Assembly (NCBI GenBank): GCA_964016885.1
Contig: OZ024742.1
Coordinates: 301,692,001-301,756,000, forward strand
Source of the DNA: Eledone cirrhosa
Lineage: Eukaryota
DNA: 64,000 bases
Direction of reading: 5' to 3'
Part shown: positions 25,724 through 39,243 of the stretch, piece after piece
How positions within the stretch are numbered: the first letter of the stretch is position 1
Layout of the letters: the number at the start of each line of letters is the position of its first letter
Notes under the pieces: generated by a model
Seen by the model: only the letters and a program-made list of their open reading frames with translations
What the model was told of the DNA's origin: nothing
Database searches by the model: none
Made by a program: the position numbers and the translations under genes

Positions 25724-28700
25724 ATTGCAGAAGATACAGGCAATTTGATCAACTTAGTATATTGCAGAAGATACAGGCAATTTGATCAACTTAGTATATT
25801 GCATAAGATACAGGCAATTTGATCAACTTAGTATATTGCAGAAGATATAGGCAATTTGATCAACTTAGTATATTGCATAAGATACAGGCAATTTGATCAA
25901 CTTAGTATATTGCAGAAGATACAGGCAATTTGATCAACTTAGTATATTGCAGAAGATACAGGCAATTTGATCAACTTAGTATATTGCATAAGATACAGGC
26001 AATATGATCAACTTAGTATATTGCAGAAGATATAGGCAATTTGATCAACTTAGTATATTGCATAAGATACAGGCAATTTGATCAACTTAGTATATTGCAG
26101 AAGATATAGGCAATTTGATCAACTTAGTATATTGCATAAGATACAGGCAATTTGATCAACTTAGTATATTGCAGAAGATACAGGCAATTTGATCAACTTA
26201 GTATATTGCAGAAGATACAGGCAATTTGATCAACTTAGTATATTGCAGAAGATACAGGCAATTTGATCAACTTAGTATATTGCAGAAGATACAGGCAATT
26301 TGATCAACTTAGTATATTGCATAAGATACAGGCAATTTGATCAACTTAGTATATTGCAGAAGATACAGGCAATTTGATCAACTTAGTATATTGCAGAAGA
26401 TATAGGCAATTTGATCAACTTAGTATATTGCATAAGATACAGGCAATTTGATCAACTTAGTATATTGCAGAAGATACAGGCAATTTGATCAACTTAGTAT
26501 ATTGCAGAAGATACAGGCAATTTGATCAACTTAGTATATTGCAGAAGATACAGGCAATTTGATCAACTTAGTATATTGCAGAAGATATAGGCAATTTGAT
26601 TAACTTAGTATATTGCAGAAGATATAGGCAATTTGATCAACTTAGTATATTGCATAAGATACAGGCAATTTGATCAACTTAGTATATTGCAGAAGATACA
26701 GGCAATTTGATCAACTTAGTATATTGCAGAAGATACAGGCAATTTGATCAACTTAGTATATTGCAGAAGATACAGGCAATTTGATCAACTTAGTATATTG
26801 CAGAAGATACAGGCAATTTGATCAACTTAGTATATTGCAGAAGATATAGGCAATTTGATCAACTTAGTATATTGCAGAAGATACAGGCAATTTGATCAAC
26901 TTAGTATATTGCAGAAGATATAGGCAATTTGATCAACTTAGTATATTGCAGAAGATACAGGCAATTTGATCAACTTAGTATATTGCAGAAGATACAGGCA
27001 ATTTGATCAACTTAGTATATTGCAGAAGATACAGGCAATTTGATCAACTTAGTATATTGCATAAGATACAGGCAATTTGATTAACTAAGTATATTGCAGA
27101 AGATATAGGCAATTTGATTAACTAAGTATATTGCAGAAGATACAGGCAATTTGATTAACTAAGTATATTGCAGAAGATATAGGCAATTTGATTAACTTAG
27201 TATATTGCATAAGATACAGGCAATTTGATTAACTAAGTATATTGCATAAGATACAGGCAATTTGATTAACTAAGTATATTGCAGAAGATACAGGCAATTT
27301 GATTAACTAAGTATATTGCATAAGATACAGGCAATTTGATTAACTAAGTATATTGCAGAAGATATAGGCAATATGATCAACTTAGTATATTGCAGAAGAT
27401 ACAGGCAATTTGATCAACTTAGTATATTGCAGAAGATACAGGCAATTTGATCAACTTAGTATATTGCAGAAGATACAGGCAATTTGATCAACTTAGTATA
27501 TTGCAGAAGATATAGGCAATTTGATCAACTTAGTATATTGCAGAAGATACAGGCAATTTGATCAACTTAGTATATTTCAGAAGATACAGGCAATTTGATT
27601 AACTAAGTATATTGCAGAAGATACAGGCAATTTGATTAACTTAGTATATTGCAGAAGATACAGGCAATTTGATCAACTTAGTATATTGCAGAAGATATAG
27701 GCAATATGATCAACTTAGTATATTGCAGAAGATACAGGCAATTTGATTAACTTAGTATATTGCAGAAGATATAGGCAATTTGATTAACTAAGTATATTGC
27801 AGAAGATACAGGCAATTTGATCAACTTAGTATATTGCAGAAGATATAGGCAATTTGATCAACTTAGTATATTGCAGAAGATACAGGCAATTTGATTAACT
27901 AAGTATATTGCAGAAGATACAGGCAATTTGATTAACTTAGTATATTGCAGAAGATATAGGCAATTTGATTAACTAAGTATATTGCAGAAGATACAGGCAA
28001 TTTGATCAACTTAGTATATTGCAGAAGATATAGGCAATTTGATCAACTTAGTATATTGCAGAAGATACAGGCAATTTGATTAACTAAGTATATTGCAGAA
28101 GATACAGGCAATTTGATCAACTTAGTATATTGCAGAAGATACAGGCAATTTGATCAACTTAGTATATTGCAGAAGATATAGGCAATATGATCAACTTAGT
28201 ATATTGCAGAAGATACAGGCAATTTGATTAACTTAGTATATTGCAGAAGATACAGGCAATTTGATCAACTTAGTATATTGCAGAAGATATAGGCAATTTG
28301 ATCAACTTAGTATATTGCAGAAGATACAGGCAATTTGATCAACTTAGTATATTGCAGAAGATATAGGCAATTTGATCAACTTAGTATATTGCATAAGATA
28401 CAGGCAATTTGATTAACTAAGTATATTGCAGAAGATATAGGCAATTTGATTAACTAAGTATATTGCAGAAGATACAGGCAATTTGATTAACTAAGTATAT
28501 TGCAGAAGATATAGGCAATTTGATTAACTTAGTATATTGCATAAGATACAGGCAATTTGATTAACTAAGTATATTGCATAAGATACAGGCAATTTGATTA
28601 ACTAAGTATATTGCAGAAGATACAGGCAATTTGATTAACTAAGTATATTGCATAAGATACAGGCAATTTGATTAACTAAGTATATTGCAGAAGATATAGG

Positions 28701-30602
28701 CAATATGATCAACTTAGTATATTGCAGAAGATACAGGCAATTTGATTAACTTAGTATATTGCAGAAGATATAGGCAATTTGATCAACTTAGTATATTTCA
28801 GAAGATACAGGCAATTTGATTAACTAAGTATATTGCAGAAGATACAGGCAATTTGATTAACTTAGTATATTGCAGAAGATACAGGCAATTTGATCAACTT
28901 AGTATATTGCAGAAGATACAGGCAATTTGATTAACTTAGTATATTGCAGAAGATATAGGCAATTTGATTAACTAAGTATATTGCAGAAGATACAGGCAAT
29001 TTGATCAACTTAGTATATTGCAGAAGATATAGGCAATTTGATCAACTTAGTATATTGCAGAAGATACAGGCAATTTGATTAACTAAGTATATTGCAGAAG
29101 ATACAGGCAATTTGATCAACTTAGTATATTGCAGAAGATACAGGCAATTTGATCAACTTAGTATATTGCAGAAGATATAGGCAATATGATCAACTTAGTA
29201 TATTGCAGAAGATACAGGCAATTTGATTAACTTAGTATATTGCAGAAGATACAGGCAATTTGATCAACTTAGTATATTGCAGAAGATATAGGCAATTTGA
29301 TCAACTTAGTATATTGCAGAAGATACAGGCAATTTGATCAACTTAGTATATTGCAGAAGATATAGGCAATTTGATCAACTTAGTATATTGCAGAAGATAC
29401 AGGCAATTTGATTAACTAAGTATATTGCAGAAGATACAGGCAATTTGATCAACTTAGTATATTGCAGAAGATACAGGCAATTTGATCAACTTAGTATATT
29501 GCAGAAGATATAGGCAATATGATCAACTTAGTATATTGCAGAAGATACAGGCAATTTGATTAACTTAGTATATTGCAGAAGATACAGGCAATTTGATCAA
29601 CTTAGTATATTGCAGAAGATATAGGCAATATGATCAACTAAGTATATTGCAGAAGATACAGGCAATTTGATCAACTTAGTATATTGCAGAAGATATAGGC
29701 AATTTGATCAACTTAGTATATTGCAGAAGATACAGGCAATATGATCAACTAAGTATATTGCAGAAGATACAGGCAATTTGATCAACTTAGTATATTGCAG
29801 AAGATATAGGCAATTTGATCAACTTAGTATATTGCAGAAGATACAGGCAATTTGATTAACTAAGTATATTGCAGAAGATACAGGCAATTTGATTAACTAA
29901 GTATATTGCAGAAGATATAGGCAATTTGATTAACTAAGTATATTGCAGAAGATATAGGCAATATGATCAACTTAGTATATTGCAGAAGATACAGGCAATT
30001 TGATTAACTAAGTATATTGCAGAAGATACAGGCAATTTGATCAACTTAGTATATTGCAGAAGATATAGGCAATTTGATTAACTAAGTATATTGCAGAAGA
30101 TATAGGCAATTTGATCAACTTAGTATATTGCATAAGATATAGGCAATTTGATCAACTTAGTATATTGCAGAAGATATAGGCAATATGATCAACTTAGTAT
30201 ATTGCAGAAGATACAGGCAATTTGATCAACTTAGTATATTGCAGAAGATATAGGCAATTTGATCAACTTAGTATATTGCAGAAGATATAGGCAATATGAT
30301 TAACTTAGTATATTGCAGAAGATACAGGCAATTTGATCAACTTAGTATATTGCAGAAGATATAGGCAATTTGATTAACTAAGTATATTGCAGAAGATATA
30401 GGCAATTTGATCAACTTAGTATATTGCAGAAGATATAGGCAATTTGATTAACTAAGTATATTGCAGAAGATATAGGCAATTTGATCAACTTAGTATATTG
30501 CAGAAGATATAGGCAATTTGATTAACTAAGTATATTGCAGAAGATATAGGCAATTTGATCAACTTAGTATATTGCAGAAGATATAGGCAATTTGATCAAC
30601 TA
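25724..30602. repeat. 37-bp satellite, about 132 tandem units
   Basis: ttgcagaagatacaggcaatttgatcaacttagtata repeated without spacers. Confidence 0.98.
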
Positions 30603-31054
30603 AATATATAAATGAAATATTCTTTCCTAAAAGTCAGCTTTATTGATAAATGTAAATCTTTATTTTAGTTTACTTTAATCTTCCTCAACGATCTATTCAC
30701 TAGTAAGATACTATAAACATTTGAATTAACAAACCTTGATATTTTCTGATAAATCATTACAGGCTGTTAAGAGTTAACAGTAAATTTTCATTACAATCTA
30801 TTCTCTAGTAAAGATATTATAAACATTTGAATTAACAGATGCATTTTACATATTTTCTTCTAAATTATCACAAATTTTAAAAACCTCTTTTGGTAGTTAA
30901 GATTTCGAAGATTGTTATTGTACAATATTTCACAGAGTAAAACAGTTAATACACACTGTTCCCTGAAATCATGGAAATTGTTTTAATATATATAGTCATC
31001 ATCACCACCGCCACCACTATCATCATCATTATCCTCAAATCAACAGACTTTAGG

Positions 31055-31275
31055 GCAGTGGATTGGCAGTACCGGTAGAGCTTCAGACACCATGCTTGAC
31101 AGCAGAGAGTTACAGCCCTTTTTTACATTCTGAGTTCAAATCCCACCGAGGTTAGCTTTACCTTTCATCCTTACGGGGTCGATAAAATAAAGTACCAGTC
31201 ATGCACTGAGGTCGATTTGATCGACTTTCCCCTCCCCCCAAATTGTCGGCCTTGTGCCTAAATCAGAAACCATTA
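31055..31275 (+). mobile_element. SINE family 1 (longer 3' variant)
   Basis: Same head and central domain as 2713-2906, with an extra ggtcgatttgatcgactttcccctcc segment. Confidence 0.85.
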
Positions 31276-31979
31276 TTTCATATTATACTGCTGTATGTTT
31301 AATTATATCTCCTCACCCTTCAAACCAGTGAATAATATTTTGTGATATACTCCTGTGTATAAATATATGACTTCTCATCTACTTCATGGCATCCTCCCAC
31401 ATGTTAAATTAAATAACCTATTGTCTATTTATAACCTACATCCTCTGATAACCTATATCACTATAAACTGTTCATATTCTATGTACATACATTATAGAAA
31501 ACTGTTGTTTATATCATTAACCTATATTTTATGAAACTGTTATTTTAATTTCCTTTTACGAAATATAATTGTGTATTTTTAATATTGATATGCCAAAGAT
31601 AGTAGAGTATACCAAAAAGTAAAAACATGACAGAGGCTCATTAGGCTGGTGTTTATCTTGGTTTCATTGATTATGAGTATAGGACTGCCCTTGGTCAGTA
31701 TGCCAGTTCACTGTAGGCTTAACTCTCATCTCAGCTACTGCTGGTACACATTATCACCAGAGTGGACTGGAACAATGTGAAATGAAGAGTTTTGCTCAAG
31801 AACACAATGTGCTACCTGGTTCAAAAATTGAACCCACAACATTACAATTGTAAGTGCAGTACCCGAACCACTAGACCACATGCCTTCATATAATTGTGTA
31901 TTTTTAATATAGTTATACCAAAGATAACATACACACATGTATCTGTGTGTATATCATGACTCATACACTGTTCACTTTC

Positions 31980-32455
31980 GTGGTGGATTAGCAGTATCAG
32001 TAGAATGTCAGATGCTATGCTTTGCAACATAGAGTTACGGCCCTTTACGGTCTGAGTTCAAATCCCGCCGAGGTTAACTTTGCCTTTTATCCTTACCGGG
32101 TCAATAAAATAAAGTACCAGTAAAACATTGGCTGGCCTTGTGCCAAAAGTAGAAACAATTATTAAGATAGTGTTATGGCCCTTGCCATTCTAAGATCAAA
32201 TCCCACCGAGGTTAACTTTGCCTTTCATCCTTACGGGGTCGATAAAGTAAATTACCAGTAAAACACTGGGTAATTGCTGGCCTTGTGCCAAAAGTAGAAA
32301 CAATTATTAAGATAGTGTTATGGCCCTTGCCATTCTAAGATCAAATCCCACCGAGGTTTACTTTGCCTTTCATCCTTACGGGGTCGATAAAATAAATTAC
32401 CAGTAAAACACTGGGTAATTGCTGGCCTTGTGCCAAAAGTAGAAACAATTATTAA
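31980..32455 (+). mobile_element. SINE family 1 plus two tandem 145-bp partial copies
   Basis: attaagatagtgt junction repeats at 32161, 32306 and 32451. Confidence 0.85.
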
Positions 32456-33106
32456 GATAGTGTGTGTAAATATATGCCTTACAACATTTGGTTTCAACTC
32501 TCAGTTCTGAGCTCAAAGTCTTCCAAACTTAAATTTGACTCATTCTTCTGGTGAGGGGAATTATTAAAACGATCACCAGATACACACTGCACTTGATTCA
32601 ATTAACTGAACTCTTCCCTAAATATTTGTGGCTTTTTGTTAATGCAACATATCAAAATTCTTTTGTTTTTCCTAGGCTATGCTCAAATGCCTGTTTTTAT
32701 AAACATACACATGCACACACACACGCACATAGACATACAGAGTTTTATGCAGTGTTGAATACATGCTTGTGTAGTGTTTGTTATAATTGTCTGATGGTAA
32801 ACAGGTTATCTTCTCTTACCTAAATATTTTATACACTTAGCAGCACTAATTTACATCATCCTTCTATTTGTGTGTGAGAACACTCAGAATATCAGACTTA
32901 TGTAAAGGTTTTATACAACTAACTAACAGTCAGTTATATTATCCTTCTGTATATCTGTATGATGGGAACAATCACAGCAACAGGCTTATGTAAGCTGATA
33001 TTTCTAGAAAGTTGGGTGACTTACAAACAGTACTTCATAGTTTTTCATAAAGAGCAAATTTTATTTCTTGTTCTATTTACATATCTATCAATTTGAATTG
33101 GATTAA

Positions 33107-33324
33107 CGCTTTAGCATTTATATTACTCTATATTTACTATTGTATTTTCATGGTAAACACTTTATTTCACATAATTATCTCTCATAATATCAAATGTATG
33201 AGATTTTGATATTTATTTTGAGAACAATACCTTAATGTCAGTGTGAGCAGCCAGTTATGACCAGTTTGAACAGAAAGAAGTCAGAGAATTCTGACTAGAT
33301 ATAGCTGGTTTAAATGCTAAAGAG
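33107..33324 (-). mobile_element. piggyBac-like MITE family A (TTAA-flanked)
   Basis: TTAA|cgctttagcattta ... taaatgctaaagag|TTAA. Other copies near 7281, 15025, 43723, 60470 and 63787. Confidence 0.72.
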
Positions 33325-33375
33325 TTAACATATAAACCTTTTTTACATTGAAATTCTGTTTTTTTTCTTAAACAG

Positions 33376-33459
33376 GTTGGACGCTGAACCGAAAGACAAG
33401 TTTCCGCTATGACAGCCCTATCTTCCTTCTTGGAGAACATTATCATAGGCGACATGATG
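33376..33459 (+). CDS. ATG4: ATG4C/D-like exon 2 (GWTLNRKTSFRYDSPIFLLGEHYHRRHD)
   Basis: Acceptor ttcttaaacag|GT, donor G|gtaaat; 84 bp, phase 1/1. Continues KYG-W and resembles ATG4C 'KTYFSRNSPVLLLGKCYH'. Confidence 0.9.
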
Positions 33460-34774
33460 GTAAATTATTGATTTTCATTGATTTTCATTGATTTTTCTTC
33501 TTCTGTTTGAATGATTACACATTTTTTATTTGTTGTATGCATTGATGTTATGTAGTGCTGACTCAGTCCTGATGGAGCTGATCTTTGATCAAAGTTGTTG
33601 TTATTGTTGTTGTTCATGTATAACCCTGAGTCAGTCTTGATGGAGCAGGCATGTGATCAATATTGTTGTTGTTCTTGTTTTTGTTGTATAACCCTGGGTC
33701 AGTCCCAGTGGAGAAAACCTGTGATCAATGGTTCTCTTAGTGTTGTTGTGTAGCCCTGATAGAGCAGGCATATGATCAATGTTGTTGTTGTTGTATAACC
33801 CTGGGTCAGTCCCAATTTGCAGACCTGTGATCAAAGCCATTCCAGCAAGAGCTTCCAGTTTTTTGTCCCAGACACAATGAACACAGGATCATCATTATCA
33901 TCATTTAATGTCCATTTTTCATTGCTAGTATGAGTTAGACTAGTTGTCCCTATGTGAGATAAGTCAGATCAGATGACCGTGCCGTGCTCATACAAAACTG
34001 TTTCTGGCTTGGATACCCTTACTAACACCAACCACGTTAACAGCATGGACTGGGTGTTTTTTATCATGGCACCAAAAGGGCTACTTTACAGGGTAGACTG
34101 GGGACTTTTTGTTGTGTCTACGGCCAATAGACAGGTTGGACTAGATGCTTTTTGTCATGTCACCAACACGATTGCATTATAAAATATAACCTCTTTTTAT
34201 TAAGATGGTAGGATGTAATTTTGCTGCTATTTCTAACTGGTATAACATTCATTGAGAGCAACCCATAGGAGAAAAAAAAAAAGAGAGAGAAGTTTGGGAA
34301 TAATTACATGACAGTCGTTTGTTCAATTTTTTTTATAGCCATTAGGATTTGTCTCTAGTCACGATATGTGTAAATTTAGTTACCTCAATCTACCTGACTG
34401 GCAAATAGGTTACACTTAGTCTATTCAGTATATGTCAGTCAGGCCTCAAATGTTGTCTAGCTTCAGTTCATCCCTAATTGAGTTGATCTTTCATCAAAGT
34501 CGTTCCAATCATTGGTTTATTTGGTTGCTATTTCTTATAGATTGAGGGACTAAGCAGATACCCCTTCCTTGGCTTTAGTTTTAAAATGTTTACAATGTTG
34601 CTGTGATTTGCAGCTATAAGAGTTGTTAATCCTTTTAATACCATATTTCTAATGAAAGAGATTGCCTTCAATTTTCAAATCCTTTTTGAAAATAATCAAG
34701 AATTTGTAAGGATTTAGTAATATAACAAACTTTCTCATTACCCTGCTGGTATTTGGGACATAACTTAACAAATT

Positions 34775-35075
34775 TAACCTAGATGAGGTGTAGTTTAACT
34801 TTGTGCTGGGTAGCAGTACCACTCATGCCCTCTTCCTTATGAGACAGCTGCAGAAGAAGTAGGTAGCTAAAAGTAAGCCCTTCTATCTTGGATTCATTGG
34901 CCTGGAGAAGGCATTTGACAGTCCTTCATTCCAAAATCTGGTGGGCTCTTAGGAAACTAGGAATAGATGAGTGGCTTGTAAGGGTGGTGCAAGTTATGTA
35001 CAGAGGTGCATTCAGCAAAGTTAGTGTTAATAGTGAGGAATTTAGACTCCACCAGGGCTCTATGCTGTTTATTGT
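34775..35075 (+). mobile_element. Degenerate RTE RT fragment
   Basis: ALFLMRQLQKK*VAKSKP...LEKAFD...IWWALRKLGIDEWLVR...LHQGS remnants. Confidence 0.8.
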
Positions 35076-35139
35076 TGTGATTCATGTTGGGTGTTGTGTT
35101 CAATGGAATTTTAAAATAATTTCTCATCACTTGTTTCAG

Positions 35140-35361
35140 ATGAGGTTGATGGTAAAGGCAAAGAGATTGGTCAGAGTAGTCGTGTGAATAACATGGAGCT
35201 GTTTAAAATGGATTTTGCAAGTCGACTTTGGTTTACATACCGTCGTGACTTTGAACCTTTTAAGGGCACCAAGTTCACAACAGACTGTGGCTGGGGATGT
35301 ATGATACGGTCTGGGCAGATGATGTTAGCTCAAGGATTTATAACACATTTCTTTGGCAGAG
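35140..35361 (+). CDS. ATG4: ATG4C/D-like exon 3 with catalytic Cys ([19 protein letters not shown])
   Basis: ttgtttcag|AT ... AGA G|gtaagt. Peptidase C54 signatures [11 protein letters not shown] and DCGWGCM; catalytic TGT at 35298-35300. Confidence 0.97.
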
Positions 35362-35399
35362 GTAAGTATCACTCAACATTGCTCCTATTGTTTATAATA

Positions 35400-35570
35400 A
35401 AATAATAATAATGAAAATTATAGTGTACAGTGCTCAGGTGCACTACAACTCATCAAAGGTGCATGTATAGTACATAGAATAATGTACAAATGTCAGGGAA
35501 GTGAACAATGTATGAGTTATGATATACAGACAGATACATGCGCGCGTGTGTGGAGGGGGAATATCGGGTG
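35400..35570 (-). mobile_element. CR1 3'-end fragment
   Basis: Reverse complement of the 3' UTR/hairpin/ATT tail seen at 45740-45890. Smaller + copies near 1718-1756 and 61975-62027. Confidence 0.75.
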
Positions 35571-35864
35571 CACAGATACATACATGTGTGTGTATAGAGG
35601 GAGAATATAAGGTGTAATATAATCATCATCCTGTCACCAGAAAAATTGTGACCTGATAGGACTGTGCTCCCTATCATTAAATCACCTGAGAAACCTTCTA
35701 TGGTTGCATTTTATGCAGGGTGGGGCAGCTATGCTGGTGCAAGCCATAGCAATAACAAAATAAGCCATTTAATAATTATATAAAAATATAAATACAACTT
35801 ATATTTTGAGGTTACTCTCTCTTTCCAAAAAGGTTTTGTGTTGGCAAACAGTAACTTAATAATG

Positions 35865-36188
35865 ACTGGTACTCCATTAGTTACGACAATGAGTGTTCCA
35901 GTTGATCTGATAACTGAACAGCCTGCTCGGGAAATTAACATGCAAGTGGATGTGCATTCCACAAACACGCATACTCTTAACATAGTTCTCAGGGAGATTC
36001 AGCATGACACAGAATGTGGCAAGGCTGGCCTTTCGATTTACAGGTAGAACTCATTTTTGCCAGCTGAGTGAACTGGAGCAATGTGAAATAAAGTTTCTTG
36101 CTCAAGTACACAACGTGCTACCAGGAATCGAACCTATGACCTTACAATTGTGAGCCAAATACTCTAACCACAATGCCACGTGCCTTCA
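35865..36188 (-). mobile_element. tRNA-derived SINE family 2 (CORE-like middle)
   Basis: Minus strand: tggcattgtggttag A box, ggttcgattcc B box, then gtgtacttgagcaagaaac...tgctccagttcactcagctg. Relatives at about 1178-1500 (+), 31640-31890 (-) and 59250-59570 (-). Confidence 0.7.
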
Positions 36189-37546
36189 CAATATAAATAT
36201 ATCTAATCTACATCAAAAGTGTTCCACAATTTTTATTTTGGATTCAATTTGTATAAGATAAAATGTTAGAAAAATTTATTTACTTAAAATCAGTTCCAAT
36301 TTGTTATCAATTTTATCATCATCATATATCCACTTTCCCTGCTATAGCAAGGGTTAGACAGGTTTTCACAGATGGAGTCACTGACCTCCAGACAGGCTGG
36401 GTATTTGTATCTTGATTACATATGGTTTCATGTTCTACCAATTACATTTTATTACCAGTGCTAGAGAGGTTGTCATGTCTTTGACACAACTGGAGAGTTC
36501 TCCTAACCTTTTGTTTGGCAAGCTTTCTACGGCTGGATGCTCTTCCTATCACCAACCACTTTACATGTGCTGGATACATTTACCATGTAGATCACAGACA
36601 CTAGAGAGGTTGTCATCTCCTTGACACAACCAAAAGGTCCTCTTAATCCTTTGTTTGGCAAACTTTCTATGGCTGAATGCCCTTCCTATCACCAATACCA
36701 GAGAGGTTGTTGTGTCATTGACACAACCAAAGGGTCACCTTCAACCCTTTTAAGCATGGTTTCTACAGTGGAGTGCCCTTCCTGTTGCCAACTATCTTAC
36801 ATAGTGTACCAGCTGCATTTTCATGGCATCATCACAAGAGAAGTTGTTAGTCATAGTCCCAACTGAAGAGCCCTCTCTGCTCGGTGAGGAAATAGGGGAA
36901 GGAGGTAGGTGTGAAGTTATAGGTGTATGTGGTGATTTGGCAGGGTGATGAGTAAGGGGAAGAGGTGGCTGATAGTGTATGGGGAGAGGGAATGTAATTG
37001 TGTGTGGATGATGTGGTCAATAGTGTGAGTGGTGTGAGTGGGGGGCAGTGACAGAGTTAGGTAAGGGGTGGTAGTGTGGGGGGTACACAAGGGGTAGAGA
37101 GAATAGCTACTAGGGTGCAATAATGAGGGAGTAGCTAAGGAGTGGTACTGGAGTGAGCAGGGTGTTGGGTGCAGTGGTTGGTGAGTGCTAGTGGAAGGGG
37201 GGGGGGTCACATGGATGGGTCAGACCATATTGTATTGTATGCTTGTGTCCAGGTCTTCATCATCACAGCATAGCACCAACTCTCTCAATACTTTGTCATC
37301 TCAGTTGTGAGACTTAGTTTCTTAAGGTTGGTCCTCTGCCATTTTGATCATCTCCCAGGGACTCCTGTCGGTCCATGCACAGATGTTACTCATCCAGCAC
37401 CTTGGTTGCCCTCTTCCCCTGCTGCCTGCCACCCATCCATGTATTATAATGCTCACCAGTCTCAAATCCTTGGGGTGTTTCACTACATATCCAAAACGGA
37501 CATGAACAGGTATATCATATCTAATAATATATTCTTTGTTTACTAG

Positions 37547-37721
37547 GTTGGCGGCTTCAACATCGGGACAAGGACCTTAATGTTTACCGTCAAATAATTA
37601 AATGGTTTGCGGACTACCAGCAGTGCCCCTTCTCTGTACATCAACTAGTAGATATTGGCTCAACTTTAGGAAGGAAACCTGGAGAATGGTATGGGCCAGC
37701 AACTGTGGCTACAATGCTGAG
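37547..37721 (+). CDS. ATG4: ATG4C/D-like exon 4 (WRLQH...IIKWFADYQQCPFSVHQLVDIGSTLGRKPGEWYGPATVATML)
   Basis: tttactag|GT ... AG|gtcagt; conserved PFSxH and GxWYGP motifs; splice phases consistent. Confidence 0.95.
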
Positions 37722-37800
37722 GTCAGTACATATATTGAAAGTGATTATTTCTAAGTGCTTAGTAATCTATTAGGTCTACAGACATACTAACTACAATACT

Positions 37801-37979
37801 GGCAGTATCGGTGGAGGGTCGGACGCCATGCTTTGCAGCATAGAGTTACAGTCCTTTACGTTCTAAGTTCAAATCCTGCCATGGTTAACTTTGCCTTTCA
37901 TCCTTACAGGGTTGATAAAATAAAGTACCAGTAATGCACTGGGTAATTGCTGGCCTTGTGCCAAAAGTAGAAACAATTA
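37801..37979 (+). mobile_element. SINE family 1
   Basis: Homologous to 2713-2906. Confidence 0.85.
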
Positions 37980-38068
37980 TTAATAAGTATGAGAGTTTAT
38001 TTCTATAAGTTCATTAACCTAATTATTCTTGTGATGAGTCAACTAATTAAAACCTAATATGTTTTTAG

Positions 38069-38145
38069 ATTGGCAATGGAGAAGAGTTATGAGTGTCAAC
38101 CTGTTCTAAGAGAGGTCTGTGTATATGTAGCAGCTGACTGTACAG
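38069..38145 (+). CDS. ATG4: ATG4C/D-like exon 5 (LAMEKSYECQPVLREVCVYVAADCT)
   Basis: gtttttag|A ... ACA G|gtatgt; matches the ATG4C/D 'YVAQDCTVY' motif across the next junction. Confidence 0.93.
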
Positions 38146-38384
38146 GTATGTATTGGACGTTGACATTTGTTATACCAAAACAAATAATTGAAATTATGCA
38201 GTAATAAATCTTATCAATACTAAATACAGATGGTAAATTCCACCACATATGTATTGACTTTCTCATGTATTAAAAAATCTATAAAATACGAGATGTAGGC
38301 AATAATACAGAGGATATGAGAATTCAGTATCCTCTCTATTAATGCCCATATCTCCCCTAAAGGACCCCTCCCCATATATATATA

Positions 38385-38705
38385 CCATCCCACTACCCCC
38401 ACCCCATCCACACCACCCCCTTAAGTTATGTTGGTACCACATCCAGTCCTAAATAAATGAGGTCGTGTAGGTGTCACGACAAAAAAACACACAGTCCACG
38501 CTGTAATGTGGCCGTGTAGGTAACACGGTAAAAACCTCCCAGTCCACACTGTAAATGTGGTTGGTGTTAGGAAGGGCATCCAGCCGTAAAAAACCCGCCA
38601 GACAGTCCTATACGAGCAAGACAACCACTCTTGCCTCAAGTGGGAAAATTTCCGTCTAAACCCATGCTAGCGTGGCAGATGGATGTTAAATGATGATGAT
38701 GATGA

Positions 38706-38708
<3 letters not shown>
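38385..38708 (+). mobile_element. RTE 3'-UTR fragment with (GAT)n tail
   Basis: High identity to the reverse complement of 9111-9670. Confidence 0.85.
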
Positions 38709-38749
<41 letters not shown>

Positions 38750-38893
38750 TTAAGTTTGGTGGTTCACCACTGGATAGAACTGGTCATTCCGTATAGCCAA
38801 CCATGATGTAATATTAGGAAAAGCACTTGACGTTACGCAACTTAGCCATCTTTGATGTTGAATCTTGTTGGTGGTGTGAGAACAGAGTTAATT

Positions 38894-39222
38894 ATTATTG
38901 AGTAAAATGACAGGAGGCCGGACTGGTGAAATTCCTTCAAAGACTTATTTAGGCAAACACTATGTACATTTCAGTGGCCAGGTTACATAAGATCCTGGTG
39001 CCATCATCACATGTTTATTGCATAATAGTTATATAATAAAGGAATTATAGTAAACACAATCCAAGAGGTTATAAGGAGAGAAAGCAGATAAAAAGACTGA
39101 GATCAAGAGTGTCAGTTGTTGCCTGTTTGGCTGACCGCCTTCAACATGTACATAGTGTTTGCTAAAATAAATCTTTGAAGGAATTTCACCAGTGCGGCCT
39201 CCTGTCATTTTATTCAATAATT
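38894..39222. mobile_element. Foldback element/MITE with about 75-bp terminal inverted repeats
   Basis: 38894-38969 is the reverse complement of 39146-39221 with about 4 mismatches. Confidence 0.7.
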
Positions 39223-39243
39223 ATATATATATATATATAAATA

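Noticed and set aside
25724-30602. 37-bp repeat array as a CRISPR
   Set aside because: Units abut with no unique spacers, there are no cas genes, and the context is a eukaryotic intron.
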